NCBI GenBank assembly: GCA_030141605.1
Contig: JAQGDQ010000002.1
Coordinates: forward strand, 2,852,001 to 2,916,000
Source: Tubiluchus corallicola
Lineage: Eukaryota; Animalia; Priapulida
Reading direction: 5' to 3'
DNA length: 64,000 nt
Shown here: positions 1-12,700 of the stretch, one piece after another
Position numbering within the stretch: position 1 is the first letter of the stretch
How the letters are laid out: each line of letters begins with the position of its first letter
Notes under the pieces: generated by a model
What the model saw: the letters and a program-made list of their open reading frames with translations, nothing else
Told to the model about the DNA's origin: nothing
Database searches by the model: none
Translations under genes and position numbers: made by a program

Positions 1-3000
1 TGTTAATATTAGTAACAGTACTGCAAAGGGCAAAGAGGAAGCTATGGATGATTGTAAACAAAAAGGCATCTGTAAAAATGAGCATTCATATGTCTCCAGT
101 AATGATGGACAGCACAAAGTGAATCATAATATAGTTACTAGTGAAATTGATTCTAAAACCAATGCTTGTAGTTTCCTGCCATCAGATGTTAAAAATCTGC
201 CAAGCCAGGCAACTGAAGAAAACAGTTTGGTCGATCTTCTAGCCCTACCCTTTGCAAGGTATGCAGAATCACAGAAAACAGAAAATTATATAGATGAGTT
301 AAATTTTTGCTCTGAATCTCCAACTTTTAATAAAGTTTTGCCTATTAGCCATAACAGAGTGTCTCTTTCACACACGTGTCACAGCAATTTGAAAACTAAC
401 AAGGTGAAATCTGTTAGGGTTGATCTGGAAACAAGATTTGAACCGTCATTTGATAATCGGTTGATGCGTAGCAGCCCACCACTTGAGTTACATAATGCAA
501 ACCACGACGATGTTTCTGTGCAGCCTGAAATGCTTCAACAAATAAAACTTGCATCACAGGGTAATAATTCTCTGGTATATAGACAGCCAGATCCTGTTAA
601 ATTGAATACAAGCTCTTCTGACAAAATGAATGGCCCCACCCTCTCGCAACTTGATCTTTCTCAAGCAGTCGCTTATGTAAACCGAACACAGGATTCCTTA
701 CATTCTTCACGCCTGTTGGTTGGAGCATTGTCTGTGAAAAAAGAATTACATAAGAAGGAAAAGTCAAGCATGAATGTCCAAGAAAAAAAGCAGCATCTGG
801 CAAAGGTAGCAGAAATTCCTGATGACTTGAACATAGATTTTGATCTTGATTTCGACGATATTTTGGATGAAGAAGCCGGACAGAAATGTTCTGAGTCAAC
901 CCCTGCACTTCCGTACGTATCTGATAAAGACAAAATTGCTACACCGTTTATAAAATCAGCTTCATTGTGTGACACCAAACAATTTCAGTTAGCTGTAGAA
1001 AATAAGACATCTCTTGGAAATAAAATTGTTGAAACAGTGGATTTTGATTTGGGCGCTGAAGATTTGTTTTGCAATGATAATGTGGAAGGTGACAACATTA
1101 ATAATGATGACGATGAAGATGATGTCATACCTCCATCTCCACTGAAACACATTAGCGAGACAAGATCTGAGGTTTTTTCAGATTCAAAACAGTTGAGATC
1201 TGGTAGCTTAGCGGCATCTGGCAAAAGTGTTCCGCTATTAAAATCTCAGCCTAGTTGGAATATTGTTAATACACCCGTGGCAACAACTGCTGCATCAGAT
1301 ATCATTCTGACTAGCAATCTTCAGAGAAAAAGGTATATGCTACAAATCTCAGTATACGATTTTGTAGGATTTACTTTTTAAAGTATGACTGTTTTTGGCT
1401 TAACTTCAGTTACCTAACAGTTTATTTAATTTTATTAGCTAAATTCAGTTTGCATTGCTATTACTTGCTGATATCTGAAAACTTCTTTATTATTTCCCTC
1501 TGATAATGGCTGATCCATTTAATCTTAAAAATTATTTGTAATAGTTAACTGCTGTGCTACAAAATTTGACTGATATGAAAGTTGCCTTGAAATTTCTTAT
1601 CTGATGAAGTCACTGCCAGATTAGCATAGACAGTAATACGAATAAGTGCTTCTTCAAATTCTTGCACATCAATTTCTGATAATAAAAGACGAAGTGGTTT
1701 GCAGCGTAATTTTTACTTTTAGTACCCATTTAATTTTTAGTGCTTTTGTGAGACGATTTTCTTAAGATTATATGATTTTTCTAAAGCTACATCAACTCAA
1801 GTGCAGCAGATCAGTGCGATATTGCATCAGAAGCACCAAAGTTTTTGTCACCATGTAAACAGGTGCAGATTCCTATGCAACCACTTGGGTCAAGCACACC
1901 CTTGCCGCCTTCAAGGTATGTTAACTATGTTTTCACTGCTAAATTTTCTTTGAAAGTCACAAGATGATATTTATATTTTCTCTGTTAAATTTTCTTGGAA
2001 AGTCACAAAGATGATATTAAATAAACTGTCAGTCAGAAAAGTGTCACTTATCATGCATGAACTTAATAATGGAGAAAGCTCTAATGTTTTCCTAATTTCA
2101 TTAATATTTGGTAATATGTTGTGATGTTATAAATTTTAATATCTACTGAATGTCTGTTGTCCTGTGACAGTTCTGGCAACAAATATGGAATGTTCAGTAG
2201 CTGTTTATATTTTTGTGCAGCACGTCAGTACAATAGTTTAAACAAATAGGGAAACAGATCATTCAGCAAATTCAGCTCTCTGGATTTGAACTTGCCATTT
2301 GTGTGTGTTAATGAGTTGATGTGTGCAGGGTTTTCAAATCTCTTGAAGATGCTTCTGTTGAAGGGACGCCTCTGTTCAAAGGGCGGCAGAGAAAAGCTGT
2401 GAAATTAAAACCAGAAAGTCCGTCAACAGATGACGATCATCATAATATCAGTTCCCCATGGCTGTCAACAGCGAGAACTAAAGTGAAAAGTGAAGCATTG
2501 GTGCTGAAAAAAGAACATTTCGCACACACCAACAATCGGAGTGTAGAGCACAGCAGTAGCACCAATTCAGGCAATTCTAATTCTAGAGTCACAACAACTC
2601 TTCGAAAGGACTGCATATCGAAACGAAAGAAGGTAGTGTTATTAAGGACAGGCCAGGTTTATGGGCAGTTAGGCTTATTTATATTTCATGAAAAATGTTA
2701 AAACGATTTAGCAATGAAAGTGTGATAAGCGCAATTACCACCGTGCTTAGCAATTTTTTAAGTGAATGGTAGGTACCAACATGCCAGAAAATTTCTATAC
2801 AGTGGTAAATTAGTGTTCTCCTTTTAAGTAGTTCTTTGCAAATTTTTTGTTATATTTTTCTAAGTTTAAGTGATAACAGTAAAATAAACATAACATACGA
2901 ACTGACTTGTCCTTTCCTTTAATTTTGTTAAGTCAAAAGTTTCTGTAAACCCTATTTTTTGTATTTCGTTATACAGCTTTTGTTGTGACAAGGCAATGTA

Positions 3001-6000
3001 AGATAAAATGAATTCTATAGTTTGTTTGCTGGACTTATTTTGATTTTAAAATAATCACTTAAAGAGTAATTTTTCATTAAAAAACCCTAAAAGTGTTGCA
3101 AACATTAAGTACATTCGTCTGTGTTCATTATTCCTAGTGGACACTATAATTTCTGGCCTCCTGCAACTAGTTACTGTTATATTTATTTAATACCATATTA
3201 TTTTTGTCCAAACTGTGATTAGTAGAACTAGTGAGTATGTACATGAAAACTTTATTTTTAAAGTATGTACTATCAAGAGATGGACCCACCAAAAATCCTT
3301 TCTTAGAAGTGGAAGCGGAATTATCAGAAGTTGATGGCAATAGCATATCTTCAGATGAAGAGGAGGGAAGTGATCTTGATCATCTTGACGGTAGTTTCAT
3401 TGATGATGACTCACAGTTGATGCAAACATCTCACGGTGGGCAAATCTATTTATTCCTGTCCTGGAGAAATACTTGTGTTAAAAATTTTGCAAGTATAATG
3501 AATTTTTTATCAGGTGTAAATATTTATTTTTAAAAATGCTAATTGTTCGACATTTCCGCCTGGTAAATTCCTATTTATCAGAAGTCTCTGTTGGCTTCCA
3601 ATTCAGGTATTTTTCTTTTTTATTTAGATATGAAAGCCGTTTATCTAAAATCTGTAAAAAGTCCACTGTGTGTTTCTAATCGTTACCGGACAGATTTGGA
3701 AAAACCAAAAAGAATGGATATATTTTCTCAGGCTCCCTGTACACAAGACTTGAATGAAGATTACGAGGAAGATAGTTTCTGTGTTGGTATGTGCTTTTAT
3801 CGATTACATTGCTATATTTTCCATTATTAAGAGTGATGGATGTACATGAAATATTATTGCATAGATGTTGTAATTTTTATGGGAGAAATATTTGATAAAT
3901 ATTGATGTTATCAAGCCCGAATTTGTTAGAAGCATTGAATGTTTTGAGCAAATCACTTACTGTTTGTCACAAACAAGTTTTTTTTTGTTACTGGGAATGC
4001 TGTAACCTATAAAGACCAATTTATTCCTAGTTTACTAAGTGTTGCAAATGGCAGATCTTGCTTTTAGCTTAGTTTTTACAAGCTGATATGAGCATATAAT
4101 AGAAGCTACTTCTAGCAGCCAGAACAAAATTCTGAGCTATGGAAACTATCTTTAACTAAAGAGTTATCAAATTAAATTTGAATAGTCATGAAAGAGTATA
4201 AGACTAGTTGTGGCTAGAGAGAGCAAGAGAGTCTCAGTGGCCGAAGCTTTTGTTACTGCATAACATATATTTTCATTACTTATAACTATCAGTTAAATCA
4301 ACTCATTTGTTACTCAGTTTCAAGCTACTATTTCATTTAGCCGGGCCAAGTTATCCTGCTAGCAGCATAAATCCCAAAGCATTTCATTTTTTGCAGAACT
4401 TACAGTTGCTAAACTCAAAAATTTTCTTTACATACAAAAGTTAAGACTAACATATAGCTTTTTCTGGGAGAGAGGGGTAGAAAATTTGAAGGAAGTAATT
4501 TTCTTATATAGTGCTAAAGTTAGTTTTTGCCATTACTTGTACTGCAGGTGATGATTTTGTTGATACTGTTATAATTGAGCCAAATCATAGCTGGGAAACA
4601 GAAGAACTGGATTTTGAACATAAAAACCGTAAAATGCGCAAGCCTGTAGACACTTCTGCTAAAACACAGGATAGGCACACCAGCCGCTCATTAGTCAAAA
4701 GGAAACGAAAGCGATCTCCAGATTTCATTAGCTCAGACAACGATGAAGATCTACAAGCAGCAGTAGCAGCAAGTCTCATCACTGCAGAAGAAGAACAACA
4801 TAGAAGGAATGATGTGAACGGGCTAGCTAATGTTGAAAAGAGTCCATTTTTTAAAAAATCTCTTGGTCAGAAGACACTTGCAAATGAAAACGTTTTGAAT
4901 GGAGTTAAGCACACAGTAAAGGAAACAGATGATAACATGTTTTTTCGAAAGAGGTGCCAAAGTAGATTGTCTAAAGAAGAAACAATGCACGATAAAAGTT
5001 ACACAAAACAATTAAAATGTTACACAAGTACTGGAGAATCAGGTAAAGTAGAGACGTCTAGGAAGTCAGCTAGTAATACACCTGGTCACAGTAAAAAGAA
5101 CTTAAATAAAAGTGGTTTAGCCAGTCATATGACTGTAGTGTCGCCCATAAAACCTTCCAAGCCTGTCATCTTAGCATCATGGATGGAAATGACAAGAGGA
5201 CAAGAACTCATAAATACATTGAGATTAGAAAATCCTGAACACGTGTTTATATGTCGATTACAAGAGTGTGATTACATTGTCTCTGATCGGATGGGGGTGG
5301 AACGCAGGTTCTGGTCAGACATGGGTGCTGATGCCAGTGCATTGGAGCTTTGTAGTCGAATTCGCAACATGTGTGACCTTTTCGACAGAGTCTGCCTTAT
5401 TGCTGAGCAGGATGGGTATGTGGAACAAAACCTCTGTAATATTTTGCAAATAATTTGTTTATAGTTTGTTTGTCACTTTTCGCAAAACAAATTTGTTACG
5501 TTGAGTCTTACAATGCGTAAATTATTGTTATTAGACATTGCTTGTGCTGTTCGTTAGATTCTACATCTGATCAGTTCTTGGTATATTATCGTTTGCTTTT
5601 TCTTATTTTATTTTTACTTTAATAGTAGTAAAGATGCTTGGCAGAAAGTGGCCATTTGTGGTTTCATGCATTTGCAACCTTGATACATTTATTTATTATT
5701 AATAAAGCTTTTTTTGTAATCACAGATCTAGTCAAGAAAATGTAGAGTACAGACGGACTCAAATAAGAAAACATGTTGATGTTGCTCTAGCCTCATTAAA
5801 TTCTGCCGTTGTAAAGGTTGTCTATACAGGTACAGTAAAATTGCTTTATGTGTACATTGGAACTATTTGATTTGTTAATAACTAGTGCAATAGATAAGCT
5901 GTGACAATACAGTTAAGAACATACAATTTTTTTGAAATATCTGAAAGAAACTGTTCATGAATAAAAAATTATACATCTTTGTCAGTTTAAAAAGTTTATG

Positions 6001-7821
6001 CTTTTACAATGCCTTTAAAAATGCTTTTATATTCTTGCTTCATGTACAACAAGTGTTGTATGAGTTTACAACAGTACTCTAATGTAAGGTTGTAGTACTC
6101 TAGTTTTCTGATTCCATATTTGTCTCAGCTATCTAGTGGTATATGTAGCTGGTAATGACAGGGTTGCAGTCAGGACTAAACATTCTAATGATATCTTTCA
6201 CTGCTCTATGTAGGGCTGCGGTAAATCTGCAGTACTGTTGTACTTGTAAATGTTCTAATAATTGTTTTGTGTTCTGCAGGTAGTCATGAGCATACAGCTA
6301 AAATACTAACAAAACTAGCTGAGAGCGAATACCAGAAAGGTAGATCTATTTCTGTGCCTGTGAAATTACCTCCTGCTAAACAAAAGGTGAGTTTTTCCTT
6401 TAATACACTTTGTCGCAAAGTAGAAATCATGAAAAATAAGAAAGGTTACTCATTGTTCTGAGTCTCATGCACTTAGTATTGCTCTGGTGGCAATTCTGTT
6501 CCGTCACAACGTGCCAATTTTGGCATTAATTATTGGCAGATAGCTGAATGTGTATTTGCAACTTTTGCACATTTGTTCATTTTTGCCTTATTTTTTCCAC
6601 ATTAAAACAGTTTTATAGGTGACATATGATTTTAAATCATATACATAACATGATTTCAGACTTTATGTTATTTTCCCAAGACTTGTTCATTTTTGCCTTG
6701 CTTATTCAAGTGTTTGCCCACAATGCTTGGTACACAACAGCTTTGCAGTTGTCTGTAAGATACTAATACTTTGTGTTTAATTTTTTGATGTTATTGGGTA
6801 TGCTTAGAGTCACTCGTTGACTTTAAAACAACGGAACATTTTTTATTTTCTCTCGATTTCCACATTAATTCACCTTGAAACTCCGTAAAACTGTGTTTTG
6901 ATGCCATTGTGCCTCTAAAAATATCACATCTTTTACGTTGTGTCATTTTACATCGGTATTTATCCTGTCGAAGACCTGGCTACATTAATGTTGTGCTACA
7001 GCATTTTCAAATAAATATTTCCTCATATAAATCATGACCTTTGCTAATGTTGACCGATTGTGGCAGGACGATAGTTTAATTAATGATTATCGTGTAAAGT
7101 GAGACGCTCAGCTGATAGAGGTATCTTATAGCTGATGTTCAGTTGTGTACAGACCTTCCTTGGTGAGATAAATCTCTGAAAGCAGTGTGGCAGGTAAAAT
7201 GCCTATAACAGATTTTTCTGGTAGTCATCCATCCATTTGCACGTAGCTTTTGTCCTTAAGCACACATCGAAGCTACACACCTGTTCGCTGTTATATACTT
7301 TGTATCAGTTTTCAATTTGAAACAAATTGTTCTAATGTTATGCATTTGATATACACACAGTTGTGAAGAATTGTGTTTATCTTTACATTTATTTTCAACA
7401 GTACTGTGATAATCTTTTCAGTTAGTTGCAGATTTGTAATGAGAGTTTTTAAGTCAGAGACAAAAAGTGCTAACTTTGACTTTCCTTGAGCACCACATTG
7501 CATTTCACATTTATTGATTTTTACGCTAGTGGCAATTTATTTAAATTTTTGATAGAAACCTTGTTTACGATTAAGTGCCTATCATTGTTTATACATTTAT
7601 CATCATTCTTTCACTTTTAGGAATTCAAGTTCTATCAAAGTCTTCCGAAAGTCAGCTATGCGACTGCATTGAATTTGTGCTATTACTTCCATAGCATACA
7701 AGAGTGTATGTCAGCATCCATGTGGGCTTTAGGACAGGCTGGAAAGATGGTCGAGTGGAGATCGAGGAAAGTGTACGAGCATTTACAAGAAAAATTAAAA
7801 TCTTCATTGACATGCAGATGA
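1..7821 (+). CDS. FANCM: Fanconi anemia group M protein, C-terminal part (5' exons, including the helicase domain, lie left of the window)
   Basis: GT-AG exon chain in one frame: <2-1332, 1787-1915, 2329-2632, 3264-3435, 3628-3786, 4548-5415, 5726-5829, 6280-6386, 7621-7821 (TGA 7819-7821). FANCM motifs: FLEVEAELSE; DMKAVYLKSVKSP; YEEDSFCV; ERCC4-like CDYIVSDRMGVERRFWSDM; terminal HhH2-like FYQSLPKVSYATALNLCYYFHSI. The acceptor at 3264 is the least certain junction. Confidence 0.9.
1939..2022. repeat. Imperfect ~45-bp tandem duplication in a FANCM intron
   Basis: taaattttct(t/tg)gaaagtcacaa(a)gatgatatt occurs twice in tandem. Confidence 0.7.
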
Positions 7822-7863
7822 CGAAGGATGAGATGGTCATATTTAAGTATAAATAAGTGGCTA

Positions 7864-7869
7864 AATAAA
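7864..7869 (+). promoter_or_regulatory. Candidate FANCM polyadenylation signal
   Basis: AATAAA about 45 nt after the stop codon, with a second at ~7894. The context is AT-rich, so this is weak evidence. Confidence 0.35.
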
Positions 7870-8369
7870 AAATTTATATTCCTTAAAATTACTAATAAAC
7901 AATTATGTTATGCAACATTTATACAGAATACTGAATTACAGTATTCAGAAAGGAAACTGCTTTGGTGAAATCTGCCATTGTATAATTTTTTACTGTTTAA
8001 ATACAAGATATTTGTTTTCTGAAAAAATTGTGTTGTTCTACATTCCATTATTAAGCAAAACTATGTATACATACCAATTAATGAAAACTGATTGCTGACT
8101 ATGCATATACAGTGTCTCATATGTCACTATACACTTTATATTTTCTATATTTTTTTTAACAATCAAAGCAAAATGTTTGAAAAACAGTACAGATGAACTA
8201 AAACCTTGGGCAATATTTTTAGTCAAATTAGGCTAAAGAGCTACTGTGCTAAGCAAAGTGAAAGAGCTCTGCTATTTTCACTACCTTTTTCAGACCTTTA
8301 GAAGCTCCTCGAGAGCTTTAGAGACTAGTCCAATGGCGAGTCTGGCATCTTGCATTGAGTCTGTTACAG

Positions 8370-8530
8370 CCCATGAGTTGTGAGAAAAGGCTGTACCTTC
8401 CCGAAAAACTGCACTATTATATGTGATAAACAGTTTGATGCATATCGTGCTCTGAATTTCCACTGAACTTCAGTTGGTGATTGAAACTCCTCATGCCAGG
8501 CCAATTTGCACCTCATTTCTAACATTACTA
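8370..8530 (-). mobile_element. Decayed Tc1/mariner-type transposase N-terminal HTH fragment
   Basis: Translates as LAWHEEFQSPTEVQWKFRARY, resembling the SxxxVQRxFRxxY N-terminal HTH (DUF4817-like) of mariner-type transposases. No catalytic part or TIRs found. Confidence 0.4.
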
Positions 8531-9701
8531 TCATCACCATAGCAATGGGGTTCCAGTCAAACAATAAATAAAAAGAATTACCAAAGGCTTCTTTTGATTC
8601 ATGTAAGAGCTTGTCGAGATTGGAGAAGTTAAAAAGAATGTGTTCTGCAAAAAGAATGAAAAATTGTGGCAACGACATCCAAATCTTAAAATTAACGTAG
8701 ATTGTAGTCATCGTTTAAAATTAGCCAAGATTTGATAGATTTTTGGTGACTGATTTTAATACTTTAACAATTTTTGCAAATCAAATCTTAAAAATGACTG
8801 AAGTCACAACAGTCAAATGACTGTTATAATTACCATAGTTTAAGATCATCTTGAGTGTGGATAGCTTGGCTGATGTTACAAGAATGAACCTCTAGACACT
8901 ATGACTGTCTTTGTCTCCAGTCCATGTATTTTATAAACAATTAATTTTGCAAATCTTCAACAGCCTCGAAAGTAGAAGTATTCCTCTCTTTTATTAATCA
9001 TGTTATGTACATGACTCACAACAATCAAACATTGCACATGTATTTTATATTAACATTAGTTTACATGACGACAGTAACTGTAATGGAGCTACAAAGCAAA
9101 ATTGCATAACCTAAACTAAAAGACAACAGTTTGCGTTTGAACAAAAAGAGTTTGCCATTACTGTAAAACCATCATGCGCTCGTGAGATGACAAAAGAACT
9201 GTATCTTCTACAAACAATCTGTTTTACTGGTGATGAAATTCACATAGTATGTTGTTTTTTTCGCAATTATTATACTTACAAAAAAATCAACAGATTAGAG
9301 CAAAACCAGCTGAGATCAGGAATTCATCGTTATTCTTTGGCTGCACAAGGCATGTGATTTTTGATACCACGGAAAAATAAATACAGGTTATTGCATGATC
9401 ACTAAACAACATTCACACACCTGATTAGCAAATTTCTACTTTTTTTTCATAAAAACTCAGGCAATTTTAACGGTAACCTTGATTAGCCAAGCGGATGATA
9501 AAATAGTAACCTTCCTCTAATCATCTTCATAACAATAATAGTGATTAGGAGAACAAGATAATAAGGTAGTATAAACTGTTCACGAATCTGTCTCGTAATA
9601 ACAAAGGTGATTAACAGAATAGGTTTTAAATAAAACAACACTGCATTATTTGTCAAGCTGGTGTTACACTCGAATTGCCTAATTTGTAATGATTTTACAA
9701 A

Positions 9702-12700
9702 CTAATCCTTTTTCTTATCTTCTAAAGGTTTGTTAACATTGTTGACATCATCAGCAGGAGTTGCCGAATTCGCTAAGTTGACATGATCCTCCCCTGTTGT
9801 GCCAAACTCATTCACCCGTTTAGGATCAATGGGGTAAACCCACTTTTGATAGAGAAATATGAAGAACACGATATCTAAAAGGAGACCAAACTAACTATTA
9901 GTGATGGGTATCATCATTACATAAAGGAAACATTAAGCTTTTCTTGTTAGCAAGGATAAAATTTGCGGTTCATGCCAATTACTTTTGAGTTTCACCACAT
10001 TGTTTCATGACTAAAGAAACAGTTGCTCATTTTTCCTCATAAAAAGCAAAACAAGGTTGATCACATTTGTTTAAAAGAGCTGTACTTTTCTATACATTGA
10101 AACAGCGAGACCAAAAGTAATGGCTCATGTACTATTACAGTCAATTTTTATAGGTGCCACTTTGTTATTGATTTGAATTTTTATGTATTTACTTACCATC
10201 TCTAAAACATCCTATTCTGTACATCGTTGGCATCTTGATTACAAAAGCAAATATGTCATCAATAAAGGTATTGAGTGCTTTATAGGTCAACATCCGCCAA
10301 GGAAGATGTGCGACTGACTTCAATTTGTAATTAATAAATAACTGTGGTGTCATCATGATAAAGCCTGAAATTAAATGAACTGTGGTTATTGCACATAAGC
10401 TACTAGAGTTGGTACTTCAAAAAGTATAAATAGAAAAGGTGAAGGAAAATAAATAATTACAATGGGAAAGGGCCACATCTCAAACTAGAATTGCACTCGA
10501 CAGAGTGTAGACCTATGCCAAGGCCGAAGATTTCAAAACATGCATCCTAAAATGATCTAGATCTGCACTAAAATTTAATGGGTTCATCCATGTCCCATGA
10601 CCTGTCTGTCGACAAAGTTTCAAGGAAGTTTTTGTGTACTCCTGCTAACCCATAAACAAATGGCAATGAAAATATATATTTCTTAGGGAATAAATAAGCT
10701 GCTAATTTATTGTTCACTAATATTATAAACGTTTGCTGAACAGTCGCAAAAAATACAAGAACGGAACAAAAACACACCTTTCTCTTTCGTAAAAAAATTA
10801 TTGCCGGAAAGTTCCAAGTAATTAAAGAAAACAAAAACATACACAAATTACAACAATCAAAGGCAGTTGATTTTTGTGCATTATTTTTCACTACAGCTGT
10901 TGATAATGCAACTTGAATACCAATTTGATACACTGCTACTGAAAAGTCATTCGTTGTATGCTTACCAAATGTTAGAAGATAGCCATAAAGCATGGAAAGC
11001 ACCCACGAATACCAGCCTTTGTGCTCAAGATAGACAACTGAATAAACAGCATAAGCTCCCAGAAGGGGAAACAACAACCATGACAGATACTTGAATGCAA
11101 GCTGATCATATTGCTTCGTGGATGATTCCACGTACGTGCCTTTATCCTCGTACCAAACTCGTGGAAGAATCCCAAGGATTTTGGCCTCCCTATCAACCTG
11201 TAAGAGAAATACAAAAAGCAGACATGCTGTAGATTTGATGAAGTTTAGGAGGCATCAAAGAATAGTACAACTGAGAAACCAACAGAGTGTGGGCAGGAAA
11301 AGAAGACATGTCGACATTAAAAAAATCTAATCAGGCATTTTGCGCATTTTCTGTAAGACTGTAGCAAGTTGTTTTTAAACAATGATTACTCTTCATCAGC
11401 TTAAAGAAGATTGTGCGCTATAGTAATCCTAGCACTCAACTTGCAATTTGGGGGCTCATATATTACAATGACAGCTTAAAATAAACAGCAATAATGATAT
11501 GTCTTCCGAAATGGCAATCTCATATTTTTAAGCAATTTAAGAAAAAACTGTTGCCTAAGAAGTTAAACAGATAAACACTATAAATAGCCAATGATATCTC
11601 TAAAGCACAGATCAGCATATATCTGTTTTAGTGTAGTGTTTATCTGTTTAAATACACTAAGATTCCCTAGTGACAAATCAAAATGATATTGTGGAAAATT
11701 TCAATTAATAGTACAGGTGTAATAATAGTTAGATAGCTTGTAACAACTCAAGGGAAGGAGCTTTTGAAACGACTAACTGTATATCAATAAGTGAATATAA
11801 AATTCACTGTTACATGTATACACCAACAATTACCATGATCTGGCAAGTGCCTCTGCGAACAGGCATGACATATAACACTTCTTTTGTGCATTTTAAGTGA
11901 CAATGAGTCAGTGATGCTGTAAAGTGGTATTTAGAATATACCAGTATTCTAAAGACGTGCTCATTCACAAAACAAAAACTTTAGATTGGATATCAAAATT
12001 TGCCCTTCAGTAATGGAGTTTTGGTTGACACTTGGCCTACAAACTATCAATACCAAATTTCTTCCAAATCCTACGTGTCCAGATTGTTCTCTTACCACTG
12101 CAATTTCTTTTTTTAAATGAGTTTAGTTTTAATTTTCTAAAAAAATTGGTCCATGTTACAACATAAGGTTGATTTATACTAGAACAACTGTATCATCTGT
12201 CAGGCGGAGAATCACATTTGTCGAGTAAATTAATACCTGAACAATTGCAAAGGAAGTTTGTAAATATATAGCTGGTAATATTCTCATCCTGTATGGTGGG
12301 AAGATCCACTGAACCATATTCAAATAAAGAATTAACTCTCCTGTAAATGAAAAGTACTAGCTGACACATATGTAGAATAAATTACTGTCACTTAAATTCT
12401 TATTTTTATTTTTACCTTGATATTTACAACTTTTGGAATTTTCCAAATCTCAATTGCCAATCCAACAAAGACGCTGATTCGCACAACAGTGTTTGTCTCA
12501 TTGTCCAAAACATATAACAGCACCACTACTGACTAAAATGAAAAAAAATGCCTTTAATTAGCAACAACAACACACAGTTTTAATTTTGTGTTGTAACATT
12601 AAAGCCTTGTGTTAACTTAATAATAAACACTAGACAAAGAAGTTATACAACAAAACTTTAGTCCTGAAAAGCAAATAATCTTCAACATCTGAACAGTCAA

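Noticed and set aside
597-1224. Antisense ORFs over the FANCM exon (similar ones lie over MEN1, the THAP ORF and gag-pol)
   Set aside because: Shadow frames of real coding sequence with no recognisable motifs.
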